This document shows, one piece after another, positions 12,863 through 27,565 of a stretch of 64,000 nt of DNA. The stretch is taken from contig OX597824.1 in the NCBI GenBank assembly GCA_951406725.2, positions 31,930,001 through 31,994,000 on the forward strand, written 5' to 3'. Positions within the stretch are counted from its first letter, which is position 1. Each line of letters opens with the position of its first letter. The position numbers and the translations under genes were made by a program. The stretch comes from Octopus vulgaris (taxonomy: Eukaryota). The notes beneath the pieces were generated by a model, which saw only the letters and a program-made list of their open reading frames with translations, was not told the origin of the DNA and ran no database searches.

Positions 12863-13158
12863 GATGGCAACTGGCTCTCACAATCTTTTATCTCCACCCT
12901 TTTTTTTTTATTAACGACTACTGCAACATGATATACGTAATGCAATGCATGGTGCCATGTAAAAAGTACTCATGTTGGTACCATTTTAAAAATACCCAGT
13001 ATGCTCTATGGAGTGATTGGCATTTGGAAGGACATCCAGTCATAGAAAGTATGCTGGGATGGACAGTGGTGCCTGGTGTGGCCCATAAACTTACCTGCAC
13101 CAGTCAAACTGTTCAACCCATGAAAGCATGGAAAACAGACATTAAATGACGATGATGA

Positions 13159-13192
<34 letters not shown>

Positions 13193-14382
13193 GGTGGTGG
13201 TGGTGATGATGATATTTCAGAGGTATTCTCCAGGTTGCTAAGTATGAGTGGTTTACTCTCACCTTAGAACTTTTCTCGTCTTAGAAGTTTTCCTGTGGTT
13301 GTGATATGCAACAGCCACACGCAAAAACAAATCTCTTCATATTTTATAGTGATCACATGAAAAAGTCTTTGTGTGGGAGTGCATGTGTTTTGACGGTATT
13401 AAAGGAAAACAAGTGATGTGAACTGAGTCAGAACAATCCTTTCTAACTTTGGTACAAAGCCAGCATTTATGAGGGGCGAGGGAAGTCAATTGCATCGATC
13501 CCAATGCTGAACTGGTACTTACTTCATTCACCTGCAAAAGAATAAAAAGTAAAGTTGACCTCAGTGGCACTTGACCACAGAACAAGAAGAGCTGGAAGCG
13601 ACATCACTGAGGTAGAGCAAGGAAAATAAAAAAGACTCATAGGCAATATAATTGAAAGAGAAGAGAGGGGAAGGAAAAATGAAAATGTGCATTAATGACA
13701 TGTTGTGCTTTGTGTTGGGGCAACAAAACATTCCTTTTGTGTATCAGAGTTGTTCTCACATCCTTTTTTTTTTAATATATATATATATTTTTTCCTTTGT
13801 GCTTAAACTCGTTTCAAAAGCCCAAGGATAGTATTTCATCCTGACACAAATCTGAACTCATTTTATCTAAATTAATTCTCTTCTTATTCAGCTTGCATTA
13901 AATAAGACTTTCTGTTTCAGTACCATGTCCATCAATTTGATGTTTCATATATATATAATATGTGTGTGTGTGCGCATTTAAGCTGGTATTGTTTATGCTG
14001 TCTTAGTATGTCCCAGCAACTTAGTGGATTCACTAATAGAGGTTGTTAGGAAAGTAAGCTGTAAACTGTGAATACTGGGAGCTATTATAACAGATTAAAC
14101 CTTCAAGGTTGTACTAGCATTGTTGGAGTTCAATGACAGAAATCAGTAAACGAATAAAGGTTTGAAAGTAAATAGGAGAGGAGCGGGGTCCGAGTCAACT
14201 AATGAAAAGAAGAAGAAAAAAAAGAGACATGGGCGGAATGATGGAGAGGAAGAGGGAGAGCAAGGAAAAATGAGGTGGTGCTTATTTAGTAATGATTCAT
14301 TGGATTAATGTTATAACAGCAATACCTCTCTCTCTTTCTATGTCTGTCTCTCCCTCTTTTTAGTATCTGTATTCATGTGTGT

Positions 14383-14614
14383 AAGGTGGCGAGCTGGCAG
14401 AAACGTTAGCACGCCGGGCGAAATGCTTCGCGGTTTTTCTCTGCCGCTACGTTCTGAGTTCAAAACTCTGCCGAGGTCGACTTTGCCTTTCATCCTTTTG
14501 GGGTCAATAAATTAAGTACCAGTTGCACACTGGGGCTGATATAATCGACTTGATCCATTTGTCTGTCTTTGTTTGTCTTCTCTGTGTTTAGCCCTTTGTG
14601 GGTAGTAAAGAAAT
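14383..14614 (+). mobile_element. Family B SINE with TSD
   Basis: Matches family B and is flanked by tgtattcatgtg(t/c)gtaag. Confidence 0.85.
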
Positions 14615-14899
14615 ATGTATTCATGTGCGTAAGTGTGTGTGTGTGTGTGTGTGTGTGCACAGATATATTTGCTCATGAATAAACCTATTTAAAAACAACA
14701 TTGAATTTTAATAATTCCAACCTTATTTTCTTTACTTTCTCTTTATCTAATATGTATTAAGTAAACATGACTCTGTGCCAATTACGGCATTTCAGTGGAC
14801 CTTAGAAAAGCTTGGTAGTGCCCATCTCCTCTCTAAGTGTTCAGTCCCTCACTAAGTTTACCCTGCCAGTTGAAGCAGTTACCAGGGTGAGGTTGAGAA

Positions 14900-15155
14900 T
14901 GGTCTGTGAAACTCCTAGAATTTGCTAGCACTCACAAGCTGACCTTAACCAACACTCTGTTCCCTCACAGGACCCCATGCAGAACAACATAGCATGCACC
15001 GAAAAGCAAAACTCACAACCAGATTGACTTCATTCTTGGGCCTCAAAAGTTCAAGTACTGCATCAAGAAGGCTAGGACTAGGTCTTTCCTTGGTGTTGGT
15101 GTCAACAGTGATCATAATTTGGTCTTACTGACAATGAGGCTCAAACTGAAAAGGA
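14900..15155 (+). mobile_element. Decayed RTE-type LINE endonuclease fragment
   Basis: Conceptual translation pieces EFASTHKLTLTNTLFPH, HNQIDFIL and NSDHNLVLLTMRLKLK. Confidence 0.6.
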
Positions 15156-15323
15156 CTTTGTAGCATGACTGCATTAGCATTAGCTTAAAACATACATTTT
15201 TAATCTCAGGTAGGCTCAAATGACCCTGTAAGTTTACAGCTCTACTTAGTCTCTGATTGGTCGAATAAATAGGCTCCCTCTAACAGGAGCTCTCCACTAC
15301 ATCTAATTGTCCCTTATATATAT

Positions 15324-15553
15324 TTCTTTATTGCTCACAAGGGGTTAAACATAGAGGAGACAAACAAGGACAGACATACAGATTAAGTCGATTACATCAA
15401 CCCCAGTGCGTAACTGGTACTTTATTTATCGACCCCAAAAGGATGAAAGGCAAAGTCGACCTCGGCAGAACTTGAACTCACAACGTAATGACAGACGAAA
15501 TACGGCTACGCATTTCGCCCAGCGTGCTAACGTTTCTGCCAGCTCGCCACCTT
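15324..15553 (-). mobile_element. Family B SINE
   Basis: Reverse complement of the family B sequence. Confidence 0.85.
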
Positions 15554-16151
15554 GTTGTCCCTTATATAATGTGGCTGGCACCATGCTTAATTGAGTTCCT
15601 TTCTCTTCATTTCTCTGAAGGACTCCTGGCTGGTAGTTTGGTTCTATCATATTTGCGCTGGCATCTCACATACAAGAACAACCCTTCTTCCACGTGCGCC
15701 AGCAGAATCAACCAAACTCAATGCCATTATCTCATGCTTACTAGAAACATTTCTATCAAGATTCTTAATTTACAATGTTGTTATTTAATCCTAGGTCATA
15801 CATATTTATCAACCAAACTTATGATTCTGTGGGTGAATGCTTGGATATTATAACATTTATGCATTTGTTGAGATCGGCTGTGAATTGAACCTGAGTCTTT
15901 GGACTCAATTTATGAGCACAGCAGCTACACTACATCACTGTTATTAATTCCTTACAAGGTTAGGTTCAAAACATCATCTTTATCAGGATATGAAAATGAT
16001 AAATTGGTGATAAGCACAAAGATCACAGAAAGTATATTAAGCAAAATAATTGATATGACTGAAAATTACTACAGATATTAACTCTAACATCATCAAGAAG
16101 TAAGAAACAATGGAGAAATAGTGAAATATTTTGACAGAATAAAAATCTGTG

Positions 16152-16194
<43 letters not shown>

Positions 16195-16196
<2 letters not shown>

Positions 16197-16560
16197 ACCT
16201 GAACATTAGCTTTAAGGTTCATCCAAAGCTGGGACCACGGACCATATGTCCCTTGACCAATTCAGGATCAGAACATATAAGTACCCTGCGACACAATTTC
16301 TTTTACTCAACAGGCCCTGCCCTGTTTAACATTGTCCCAAAACTGACCAAAGAGGAAAAGGATCCTATCACCTTTAAACGGAGTCTGGACAAATTTCTTC
16401 AAGGAATACCAGATAAGCTGCCGATACAACTCACTCAACAAGAACTCACTACTTGAATGGAGCATGATATCACAAAACTTGACTTAAAAAGGATTTAGAT
16501 AATCCTATCAGGTGGTTCTATTAAGTTAGACATAGCCTGGACCAATCTTTGGTCAAAACA
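16195..16560 (+). mobile_element. LINE 3'-end fragment (CR1/Jockey group)
   Basis: RHNFFYSTGPALFNIVPK...FKRSLDKFLQGIPD is the ORF2 C-terminal motif. Flanked by (TA)n. Confidence 0.75.
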
Positions 16561-16629
16561 CATATAAGTTTATATATACATATATATTGATATATAAGTA
16601 TTTATGTATTGATATATATATATATATTG

Positions 16630-16661
<32 letters not shown>

Positions 16662-17199
16662 TGATATATAAATATATATATATATAAAGATATATATATA
16701 TAGATGAAAGAAGGTTTGAAAATGCAATTTTAAAAGATGTTTATTCACTTGACCCGTCAGTCCATCTCAAATTCTTTGTAAACTCCTAAATGTATCTCCT
16801 TTTGTGTATATATATATATACCACCAAAATATGACCTTTTTGAACTCATAAATTTCTGTGTATATATAAAGATACTTCCAAACAAACATCATTTTAAATG
16901 AAATCCTAATATTTTTTATGAACTTTTTAATATTTTCTCAAGATTTTTCCTGTAAACTGTTCTTAACATTTTCTTATTATTATAAAAGAATGTATGTATG
17001 TATTGTAATATTTTGTGACAACCAGTACTTAACACAAAAAAGGTCTTACAAAGCTTTCACATTTTACTTTTGACAATCTTATTTTTAATGAAATCCTAAT
17101 ATTTTTAATGAACTTTTTAATATTTTCTAAGATTTTTACTTGTAAACTGTTTTTAACATTTTCTTATTATTATATGTAACTATTTTGTTTTAACTATTT

Positions 17200-20040
17200 T
17201 AAAGTGTTTCAGCTGCAAAGCTGCAGTCATGCTGGGGCACCACTGTTGACTGAGCTGCACCACTATTTGGAATGTGCTCTGATCTGTGGCATCTGGTCAA
17301 TGAGGGAATTTGATGCTGCAGCCCTCATCTGTGTTCCCTGCCATGAGGTAGGTTCCTCTAGAACTCGTGACAGGAAGATATCCAGTTTTGCTTTAAAGAC
17401 ACTTACATCTACACTACACAGGTCTCTCTGGCATTTTGGAAATATATCAAAGAGGTGTGGGCCCTTGAAGACCAAGCTGATGCAGTATCAGGTTCTGTAC
17501 TTTGATGGTGATTCTGGGATCTTTGGCACTATGCAGTGGTGCCCCATTCTGCAGTTTGAGTAACTTTCAATGCCAAAGTTTGGTACAAGGCCTTCTAGGA
17601 TATTCCAGATGTATATCACTGCATATCTCTCTCGCCTTCATTCCAGGAAGAAGACTTTTAATTCTTTCAATCTTTCCTAGTAGCTGATACGTTGTATCAA
17701 GATGATTTTCTTAGTGTAGTTTCGTTGGATTGCTTCGAGTTCCACCATGGGTTTTATAGTGTGTGGTGACCATTGTTGGGAGCAGTAGTCCAAGTGGATG
17801 AGAATGTATGTCCTCCAAAAGATCACTAAAGTCTCTTTTTCTCTTGTTTTGAAATTTCGGAGGATCCATCCAGCTAGCTGTCTGCATTTTATTACTAAAT
17901 TTGTATTATGCACTTGGAAAGATGCATCATTGCTCATGTAAATGCCCAGGTCACACACTAATTTTAATTCAAGGATTTCAGTTTCTCTTGGTCCAGTGTA
18001 TCCTGTCTGCATGTCATTTAATTTTGTGTGCTGGTAGCGTAGGGCCTGGAATTTTCTTGCATTAAACAGCATGTTGTTGTCCTCAGCCCACATGTATACT
18101 GCGTCCAACTTCCATTGCAGATGTACAATGTTTCCAGGATTTTGCATTGTCTGAAAGACTTTTGTGTCATCTGCATAGCTAGCAAGGATGGCTATCTGTG
18201 CAGCCGAGGGCATGTCTGAGAGGGCCACTATGAATAGCAGTGACCCCCAAGACAGTGCCCTATGGAACACCACTTGCAATTTGTATTTCTTTGGATCTGG
18301 CTCCATAGGCCACTACTGTCTGACATCTATCCCTTAGAAATTGGTGCAGCTATTCTCCAAGTTTTCCACATATGCCAAGATCATGCAGTTTGTGACATAC
18401 CATACCATGGTCAACTTTATCACAGGCTTTTGCAAAGTTGGGATATATCATATTCATGCTCAAGTCATTCAGCAGCTGTTTTAACACCCAGTGTAGTGTT
18501 GCAGGAGAAAATTCAGACAGCTTCTACCTGGACGAAATCCATGTGGGGTGTCAGTCAGCAAGTCATTTTCTTCTAGAAACGTGATTAGTTTCTTGCAGAC
18601 TATTCATTCCATGACTTTACTGATGTGTGAGGTCAGAGAGATAGGCCTATAGTTTTCGGCATCTGCTCTGCTTCTTCTCTTTATGGATAAGGCATATTAT
18701 CCCTTTCTTCAGTTTTTCTGGGAGTTTACCACTTGCATGGAAGCTCTGGAAGAGAATCTGCAGTGGTTTTGTAAGGGCTTGCTTGCATGATTTGAGTAGG
18801 ACCACTGGATATTCATCTGAGCCAGCCACTGAGTTTGTATTAACTTCATCTATGGCCAATATTATATCTTCTTCTTCAATGTTTATGTACTAAATTTTTT
18901 TAACCTCTTTGGTTTTAAGTAATGTGGCAAAGAGTTCTGCTGGTTTGTTTACTTGTCTGTGTCCCAGCAGTATAGTGAACACACTTTGGAACTGTTCGTT
19001 CAGTATTTCACTTATGGGGTTTCCTGTGAGGGAGCCATCTTTTTGGAAGAGGGGTCCTGTCTTGTGGCATATTGAGGCTGTTTCTTTGTCAAACTTAAAG
19101 AAAGCTTTAGGGTTTGACTTGATATTTTCTATAACCCAAGCTTCTTTATTTGCTCCCTCCTTTTCATGAGATTGATTCAGATGTTTCTCACTACTTTGGG
19201 GATGTTTGCTCAGGCAGTTCTTAATCTTTGTCCAACGTCTCAAAAGAATCTTCCTTTCTCTGTGGATCCTGTTTTGGTGTATGTTGGCCTTGCACAATGG
19301 GACTGATTTGTTACATATGGCTTGTAATATAGACATGAAATGTTTGTGTTTCATGTCAATATCTGGTGTGGAGAGACATTTAGGCCAATCCTGCTTGAGG
19401 ATCTCTTTCTCAATCAGCTTCCAATTTTCTTTGTGAAAGTTTAGTTTGGAGAGATTTTGGGTGCTTCGTATAGGCTGTATGTCTGCAGGAGCTTTTGGAC
19501 CATACATAGACAGCTCTATTATATTGTGATCCGAGATCAGTGTCAGTGTCAATTTAACATTATGGATAATGTCCCTATTGTTTGTGAAGCAGAGATTCAG
19601 TATATTATTTGATCTGGTTGGTTGCAGCACAATTTGTTCCATGAAAGAGGCATTGGTAAGGTGGAGCAGGGACTCTGCCTGTGCTTGCTGTTAGCGTGTC
19701 ATTCTTGGGGGAATCTGGCCTCCAGGCCATCCCATGTTTGGGAAGTTAATGTCACCTAAAAGGAATACATTAATGTGTTGTTCCAGTTTGATGAGAACTT
19801 CTCTTATCTTTGTTAGGTAGTCTTCAAATTTGCCCGTATGACTCGGAGCATCTGGTGGGTGATATGTAGTACATATAACAAAATTAAGTTGTCATATGTG
19901 TTCAATTTGAGTGTCACACACTGAATTAGAATATGACAACATATTCTAATAGATGTATTTCTGCATCCCCTATATCAAGTCTAAGATGCATTTCTACAAG
20001 TGCCATGCATAAAGCTTAATTGCATGCCACAAGGTCTCTC
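17200..20040 (-). mobile_element. Decayed near-full ORF2 CR1/Jockey-group LINE, same family as 674-2906
   Basis: Frameshifted ORFs 18890..19642, 18647..18859, 17677..18306 and 17263..17475 align with ORF 701..3034 and its C-terminus. A possible ORF1 remnant extends to about 20530. Confidence 0.92.
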
Positions 20041-21533
20041 AGGAACAAGATTTTTGATTTACAGTTGCCATGCAACAACCTATATTCAAAAGAAATATCT
20101 TTGTGATATGTGCGTTGGTGTTAGTGGTGGACCATTCTGTATCTGTTGTTGGTGATGGCCTTGTGTGGTGGCAGGCATAGCTCCTGGTTTGGGTTTGAAG
20201 CCAGGTCAATTGCTGGACAATCTTTTGTATCATGCACAAAAAAGATTGCTGTTCAGCTGCTGCCCTTTTCACGTCTGGGTGAAGCTGGCCGTTTGCTTGG
20301 TCATGCACTACATCTGCATATCATCTTCCGGAGGTAGACAGTGCACTATTTTTACATTTCTATTGCCTTTCCTTTTGTCCTCCTCAGGGAAGGGAGTGTT
20401 GTCTGGGGCCCATGTGGTTTTGGCAGACCTTCTGGTGTGCAAAGCGACAGTTTGCACAATAATCACTGTACCAGCAGTGTCCTTGCAGGTAGAATTTGTG
20501 AGTGCTCCTGCTTTTGCCCTTCAACTCCTATAGCTTCTGTTGGGGGTCCTCCATTTCTTACCAGTATTTTCGATTGTTTCTTCTTTCCTTTCTTTGACTC
20601 TTCGTTCTTCTTTACTTTTGTTTTGTTGGGTTTGTGTTCATCTTGCCTCTGATATAGCAGACCCATTGCATACTTTTATTGTTAGCTTGATGAATTGCTA
20701 ACTTCAAGACATAGTGGGACACAATACACAATTTAACAACAAATGAAAACACATGCACATACATGCTAGGTGCAAGATTGAGTGTGTGGTCGAGAAGTTT
20801 GTTTCTCAATATTCAGTCTCTCTGCATGGTACCATGGGCAAGTGTTTCCTACTATAGCCCCAGGCCAACTATAGACTTGTGACTGAATTTGGTAGACAGA
20901 AACTGCAGTATTGTTCATCAGAAAATGACTGACAAACATGTTTATAAAGAAAATTTGTTTGCTTCATACTCCTCTTGTGACGATTCTGCCCATAAGAAAG
21001 GAACAAATAATACTATGTGGCTGTAGGTCATAACACCTGGGCAACACTGGGGTGCATTGCTAATACAATAATAAGTTATGAAGAATGAGACATCATAGAA
21101 ATAAAAGGTGGTAAACGTTTTATTAGATGATTTAAAAAAGAGCCATGCAACAAAAATAATAAATGGTTGGTTCAGTGAAGGTAGCAAAATAAGGACAATG
21201 TTAAAGGCAAACAACACAAAAAATCATAGAACACAGTTTAACCCTTTGAGTCCTGACCTCTTGAATCTTATTTGATAATATGCCTGGCTTCTTGATGCAC
21301 TCCACTGGTAGAGCACTGCTACAATACAGAGAAAAATAAGCCATCCACTGGTAAACCAGTGCTATGGGCTCAAAGGGTCAAAAGACATTTGGTATTAAAC
21401 AGTAGTTATACAGAAAGCTATATCAATAGGGTTACTTTTGTATATGTGAAAATGAAATAAAGTTGCCAAGGTCTATTAACTCAAACATTTGAATACAAAG
21501 GGATTGTAGTTGTATTAAGTATGCCACAAAGCT

Positions 21534-21539
21534 TTTATT
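21534..21539 (-). promoter_or_regulatory. Candidate polyadenylation signal of the MS4A-like gene
   Basis: AATAAA on the minus strand about 150 nt after the stop codon; the AT-rich context makes this weak evidence. Confidence 0.35.
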
Positions 21540-21685
21540 GTAAGACAATATAATAGGTAGATTGATTTAGAATATCTTGGTTAGTTTTGCAGAATAGACA
21601 TTTTTAAATTTGAATACAAACACTGGTAAGTTTTAAAATATATATTGTTCTTAAAAAATTCTCAGTTTAACAAAATATGTAAATT

Positions 21686-21766
21686 TTATGCTTGAAGTAT
21701 ATATGCTGGAGGAGTAGTGAACGCCTGGCCGGATTGCATGTCAACATTACTAGTAGTTTGTACAAC
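21686..21766 (-). CDS. MS4A/CD20-like tetraspan protein, coding exon 5 (last)
   Basis: Acceptor tatattttacAG, then VVQTTSNVDMQSGQAFTTPPAYILQA*. Phase 0, contains a PPxY motif. Confidence 0.75.
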   Translation of the reverse strand, partial: VVQTTSNVDMQSGQAFTTPPAYILQA

Positions 21767-24314
21767 CTGTAAAATATATAAATTTTTAACTGATTAAATC
21801 CCTTTAAGAGTAAAATATTTTTGCTTAGAAGCAACTTTTTTACTATTTCTTTCAATAGACATTTAATTACTTACACCACACACAAACACACTCACACACA
21901 TGGAATTGGCTAATACTCTTTAATTAGAAGTAAAACTGAAGGGTGTAGAATAGTTATTGCATTATAAACTTAGCAGTTTAATGAGGAACTCACTGAATTA
22001 GAAACAGAAACAATAACAGATAATGAAGTAAAAAAGTCCACTATTTGTTGGATCGACAAAGTTCTGATGTACAATCACTTCTTGAGTGTACATACCATCA
22101 TTTAGGCTTCCAATAGTTCCTGGTTGTTATTTCCCCTTTAATTTTATTTACTTTTTTAATCACTACATACTGAAGAATTACCCTAAATTGGGGCTAAAAT
22201 GAGGAATGACTAATTTCAATAATTTCTTCTCTTTAACGTCATGGTGCATAAGTGTACCAGGAACAGAACCAGGTGTAATTCTGCTTCAAGCACCCCATAT
22301 TACCCTTGTAACTTTCCTTGTTAGTTTGTCACTCAGATGAATCCATGTATTTCAATATCTTTCTTCCTATAAATACATTTAATAGCATTTAAGCAAAATA
22401 TTTGGACTGCCTGTATTTTAAACTGTGATTTTTAAAAATTCAAAATATTAAAAATAAAATAATTCTTTTTAAATTTCGAAAAGTTAAAAAAAATTTTTTC
22501 ATAATCATATGAATTCCCTTTCGAAGAATGCAAATTTGCACAAATTTTCTGAAAATTCCAAAAATTATAAAAAGATTACATAAGGTTATAAGGGGTACCT
22601 AAACCAGAATTCTGCTGAGAGTCACTCCTGCAAATTGTAAAGAAACTATAGAGAATATTTTACAGTGAATTTTTTTATCTTTTTGAGTTTTGATAATTTC
22701 ATATCATGCCATTTTCCTGTGATTCTTTACATTTGACCTAGATATTACAATTTTTTTTTTGAATTTTTGATCTTTGTGGTATCTAAGAATCAATATTGAT
22801 GTGTATGAGTTAAAAAAATTTTTTTTTTCAAATGCAATTCTGGAGAATTGAAGGGGCATTTACTTAATCTTGTCTTACTCATTTTGCCACATCTAAATTA
22901 TCTTCTGTATGCTCATAGAGAACAGAGATGATTTTCTGAAATAGTGTTCTGAATATGTTATAGTGTTTTTAATGTATTTAGAGCTGATGTAGTTTTTGTT
23001 TGGAAGTGAACACTTGTAAAAAATTTAATTTTCTCAGAGTTAAAAATGCAGAAATATTATTCATTGTGCCCACCACTCCTTACAGGAAACTGAAAAAGCA
23101 GACTTTCGGAGCACCTGTCATATATGTTAGAATTTCCATGTCTATGTCAAGATTTTCCATTTCTTTCATGCATTGTAAAACAATGGAGGGAATCATTTTT
23201 AAAACAAAAAGTTTTTAAATCTCTGTCTTTTAAATGCTCAACTCCCTCCCACACACACTCACCATGCCTTTGGAAAAGCAACAACTACTAAAATTATATA
23301 CTTTTCTTTTTCATAATTTTCTGTCATTTTATCATTCTATATTCTGAAACATTTGTAATTTGCATTAGAGAAAAATATCTTAACCCCACTTCCCTCCTTC
23401 GTTGTACTTTTCACAATGAAGGAAAAGTCAAACACTGCAAGAGGATGTGTGAGAAAAAAACTTTGAAAAGTGTATCTATAAAGCATCATTTTCAGTTGTT
23501 TGTTTAAACTTTCTCTGCTAATACGCCAAATTCCTTATATACAGTATATGGGTTTTGAAATTATCAACCCATGCTAGCATGGAAAGCGGACGTTAAAAAA
23601 CGATGATGATGATGATTAAGATATTTCTTCTTAATATGAAATCAATGGTAGTCTTAATACACAAATAAAGAGTATATATATATATATTTGTACACCTTCA
23701 TTATCATCATCATCATTATCATCATTTCATGTCCATTTTCAATGCTGGCTTGTCATGCATGGTTAGACTGGAGCTGACAAGCTGGAGAGCTTCATTAGCC
23801 TTAAGTTATCTATTTAAGCACAGTTTCTATGACTGGATAGCTTTGCTAACTCCAACCCACTTTACAGAGTGTTCTGGACAGTTTTAACGTGGCACTGGCA
23901 CCAGTAGGGTCGCTAAGTAACTTGTAAGACAAGGACCTCTTAGTAGAGAGAGAGAGTGGAACTGAGCGAAGTGGCTATGTGCCAGGTGAGAAAGTGTGAA
24001 AGAGGGACAGAGATAGGTGTCTTACTATAGATGAGATACTAGGCTATCCCAGTAGGTAAAGGAAGGTGAGAAATAGTTAGGCAGAGACAGAGTGAAAAAG
24101 AGAGGGAAATAGATGGTGTTGGAGATGTATTGGGGTCTACCCAGAGGGAACAGTGGTGGGGAGTATAAACAGTACAGAGGTAATATGTTTAGAGATTTGG
24201 TCGATACCAATCTAAAAAGAGCAACTGTCACACATTGTAAGAAGGCATAAAAGGTATGAATTTTTCTTCTTGAAATAATAGAAATGATTATTAAAGAAAA
24301 TAAATTGAACTTAC

Positions 24315-24434
24315 TCTTGTTCCTGAACAGCAACAGCAAATTGATGAAGAAACAATAGCCAAAATAAATTCCACACTCATAACAAATGCAGCACAAGCAA
24401 ATAAAACATGTAAGCCATAAATGCCATAGTAAAG
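24315..24434 (-). CDS. MS4A/CD20-like protein, coding exon 4 (TM4 + Cys cluster)
   Basis: Acceptor ttctttcctttacAG, donor GTAAGT, 120 nt: LYYGIYGLHVLFACAAFVMSVEFILAIVSSSICCCCSGTR. Confidence 0.88.
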
Positions 24435-25094
24435 CTGTAAAGGAAAGAAAAAACAAAAAATATTTTAATGAGAAAGAAAATGTCATAGCTGATCAAAAAA
24501 TCAGTAATAACCTTGAATGTATGCAAATCTGTCAATTTTTTTAAAATCCAAATTCCCCTTAGTATCTTATTTTTCATACTTATTCACACTTACAAACATT
24601 TTCTTTCATGTATTTTAATACCATAACCTTACAGAATAAAAAGTTGTTAAGAAAAAAAAATGCTTCAATGACTTCAAGATTCCAAGCTCAGATATATCAG
24701 TGTAAAGTAATCTTTTTTGTAAAAAGTAAAACTCTGCCACAAACTATGAGTGATTTTCATTGCTTAGTTGAAAGATGGCTTAGCTCTTCTAAAAAATAAA
24801 ATAAAACAAAACAGCCACCTGTTAAATATTTAAAAAGTTTGTTTTATTTTCTATAAAGTTTATTTTGATAAGTTCTTATGAGGCACTTTCTGATAATATT
24901 GATAGGATTTTCTTCAGATTTCTAAATGTTTAATGTTAAACATTGTTTGTTAAAAATGATACACTAGCAAAATAACTTTAGCAGAGAAAACAAAACAGAA
25001 TTTAAAATAGTTAATGTGTCATATTTCTTGAAATTAGACAGCTAAGATGCATCTATATTTTGTTTTAAAATAATGTATATATTATTTTACTCTA

Positions 25095-25502
25095 CTTGTG
25101 AAGACCTGTTGAGGTAAGTGGAAATCAAATCAAATCAGATCAAAATCGAAATCGATCAACGTCAATGGAAATTGTAGCTATGATACCAGTGCCAGTGGCA
25201 CGTAAGAGAACCATCCGAACACGGCCATTGCCAGCACCGCCCCAACTGGCCTCCATGCCGGTGGCACATAAAAAGCACCATCCGATCATGGCCGTTGCCA
25301 GCCTCGTCTGGCAGCTGTGTCGGTGGCACATAAAAAGCACCCACTACACTCACGGAGAGGTTGGTGTTAGGAAGGGCATCCAGCCGTAGAAACATTGCCA
25401 GATCAGACTGGGCCTAGTGCTGCCTTCTAGCTTCCCAGACCCCAGTTGAACCGTCCAACCCATGCTAGCATGGAAAGCGGAAGCTAAACGATGATGATGA
25501 TA
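25095..25502 (+). mobile_element. RTE LINE 3' UTR fragment with (GAT)n tail
   Basis: Matches 32885-33275. Confidence 0.85.
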
Positions 25503-25878
25503 TATATATTTTGAACACACCATGATTCAGAATAGCTGAAGCATGTGTAAAGTAAGCCTTAGCTGTGAAGATTAACATGATGTGAAAATATACTATTGTT
25601 CTCTTCAGTAAACATAAAAATAATTGGGAATCTTCTTAGCAATCAGTTTTGGGATAATTGTCTTGTCCCTCATTAAAAATGTATCGCTATTTTTCAACAA
25701 TCCAGAACTTTTTTTTTTATCTAAATTACTATATTTATAGCAGTAACTTAACAATATAACATTAACAACAGTCTTAACTTGTATATTTTGATTTAATTTT
25801 CCCATTCCATAGACAAATCATTTAAGTACTTTGTACTAAAATGCTTCTACAGAAAAATTCAATTAAAATACTACTTAC

Positions 25879-25968
25879 AATCCATACTGAATGAATACTA
25901 AAACAAGTCATTCCAGCAATTGCGAAGAAACATGCTGACAAAATGGCAAGGACCATGTAGGCAATTTT
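25879..25968 (-). CDS. MS4A/CD20-like protein, coding exon 3 (TM3)
   Basis: Acceptor atatttctttacAG, donor GTAAGT, 90 nt: [30 protein letters not shown]. Confidence 0.88.
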
Positions 25969-26292
25969 CTGTAAAGAAATATCAAAGAATTATTTGGCAT
26001 ATATATTTGTGTGTGTGTGTGTGTGTGCACGTGCATGTGTGTGTGCACGCACGTGTGTGTGTGCATATGCATGTTTTTATATGGCCAAAGCTGTAAGCTT
26101 ATACACTTATACATATAAGTATATATTCTATGTTTCCATGAACACCCGTGTAAATATGCGTGATTGTATGACAGAAACAAAGACACTGAGCTATGTGAAA
26201 ACTAAATATGCATTTATGTTTATGAGTAAGATAATATATCTAGTATTGGTATTGCTAACGAAAAAGTTAAATAACTTTGCTGTAATTATAGA

Positions 26293-26315
26293 CTATATAT
26301 ATGTGTATGTGTGTG

Positions 26316-26347
<32 letters not shown>

Positions 26348-26596
26348 TACACATATATATATATATATATATATACGTATATACATATATATATTGTGTA
26401 TATGTATATATATGTATATATATATGTATATATATGTATATATATATATGTATATATGCATATATATATATGTATATATGTATATATGTATATGTATATA
26501 TATATGTATATATGTGTATATATATGTATATATATATATGTATATATATATGTATATGTATATATATATGTATATATATATATGTATATATATATA

Positions 26597-26634
<38 letters not shown>

Positions 26635-26697
26635 CGTATGTATATAAATATATATATATATATGTATATATGTATATATATATATATATATATGCAT
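26293..26697. repeat. Compound (TA)n/(TATG)n microsatellite
   Basis: Seen directly. Similar arrays lie at 555-673, 27829-27970, 28860-29063, 31150-31341, 57984-58161 and elsewhere. Confidence 0.95.
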
Positions 26698-26744
26698 ACA
26701 AAGGAGCCATACCCAATGATGGGTGTAGCAATTAGAGCAAGGTC

Positions 26745-27565
26745 GTCAACTGCTACAAAGGTAAAGTAATGCTTTAGATACAAATAATTACATAGGTATG
26801 AAGCCGTTGGATCAGGTAATGAAGGTCACAGAGAGGGTCATAGCCCAACTAATTAGGGAGAGAGTCAGTTTAGATGATATACAGTTTGGGTTCGTGCCAG
26901 GGAAAAGCACCACTGATGCTATATTTCTGGTAAGACAGCTGCAGGAGAAATACCTAGCCAAAGATATATCTCTATACCTGGCTTTCATTGACATGGAGAA
27001 AGCCTTTGACAGGGTCCCCTGATCCCTTATCTGGTGGTCAATGAGGAAACTAGGGATAGATGAATGGTTAGTGAGAGCTCTGCAAGCCATGTACAGGGAT
27101 GCTGTCAGTAAGGTGAGGGTTGGCAACGAGTACAGTGAAGAATTCTGGGTAGAGGTAGGGGTCCACCAAGGTTCAGTCCCCAGCCCCCTCCTATCATAGT
27201 CCTCCAGGCGGTGACAGAGGAATTCATGATAGGATGCCCCTGGGAGCTCCTCTATACTGACGACCTTGCTCTAATTGCTGAGTCACTATCAGAACTCAAG
27301 GAGAAGTTTCAGGTGTGGAAACAAGGATTAGCTAATACCAAAGTCCTAATAAGTAGGAAGGCAGGCAAACCACAAATCCCTTCAGGTAGATGGCCCTGCT
27401 CAATCTGTAGATAAGGCGTAGGTAGAAATTCCAGATGTACCCAGCGTAAGCTATGGACTCATAAGAGGTGCAGCAATATCAAAGAACTGGGAAGATAACT
27501 TTTGTATGTTTCAGATGCTCAGAAGCAATAAACACTAAAAATGTGCAAAAAACAACTTCCGCAAC
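26745..27565 (+). mobile_element. RTE LINE RT fragment, copy 1
   Basis: [28 protein letters not shown] and LLYTDDL, with stops and frameshifts. Confidence 0.92.

Noticed and set aside
20942-21217. Hydrophobic 91-aa ORF with a YYC...CC motif downstream of the MS4A-like stop
   Set aside because: It has no convincing splice sites or ATG start and AT-rich bias explains the hydrophobicity. A decayed paralogous fragment cannot be fully excluded.
26267-26783. YIYI-repeat ORFs here and at the other TA arrays
   Set aside because: (TA)n lacks stop codons, so these are artefacts.
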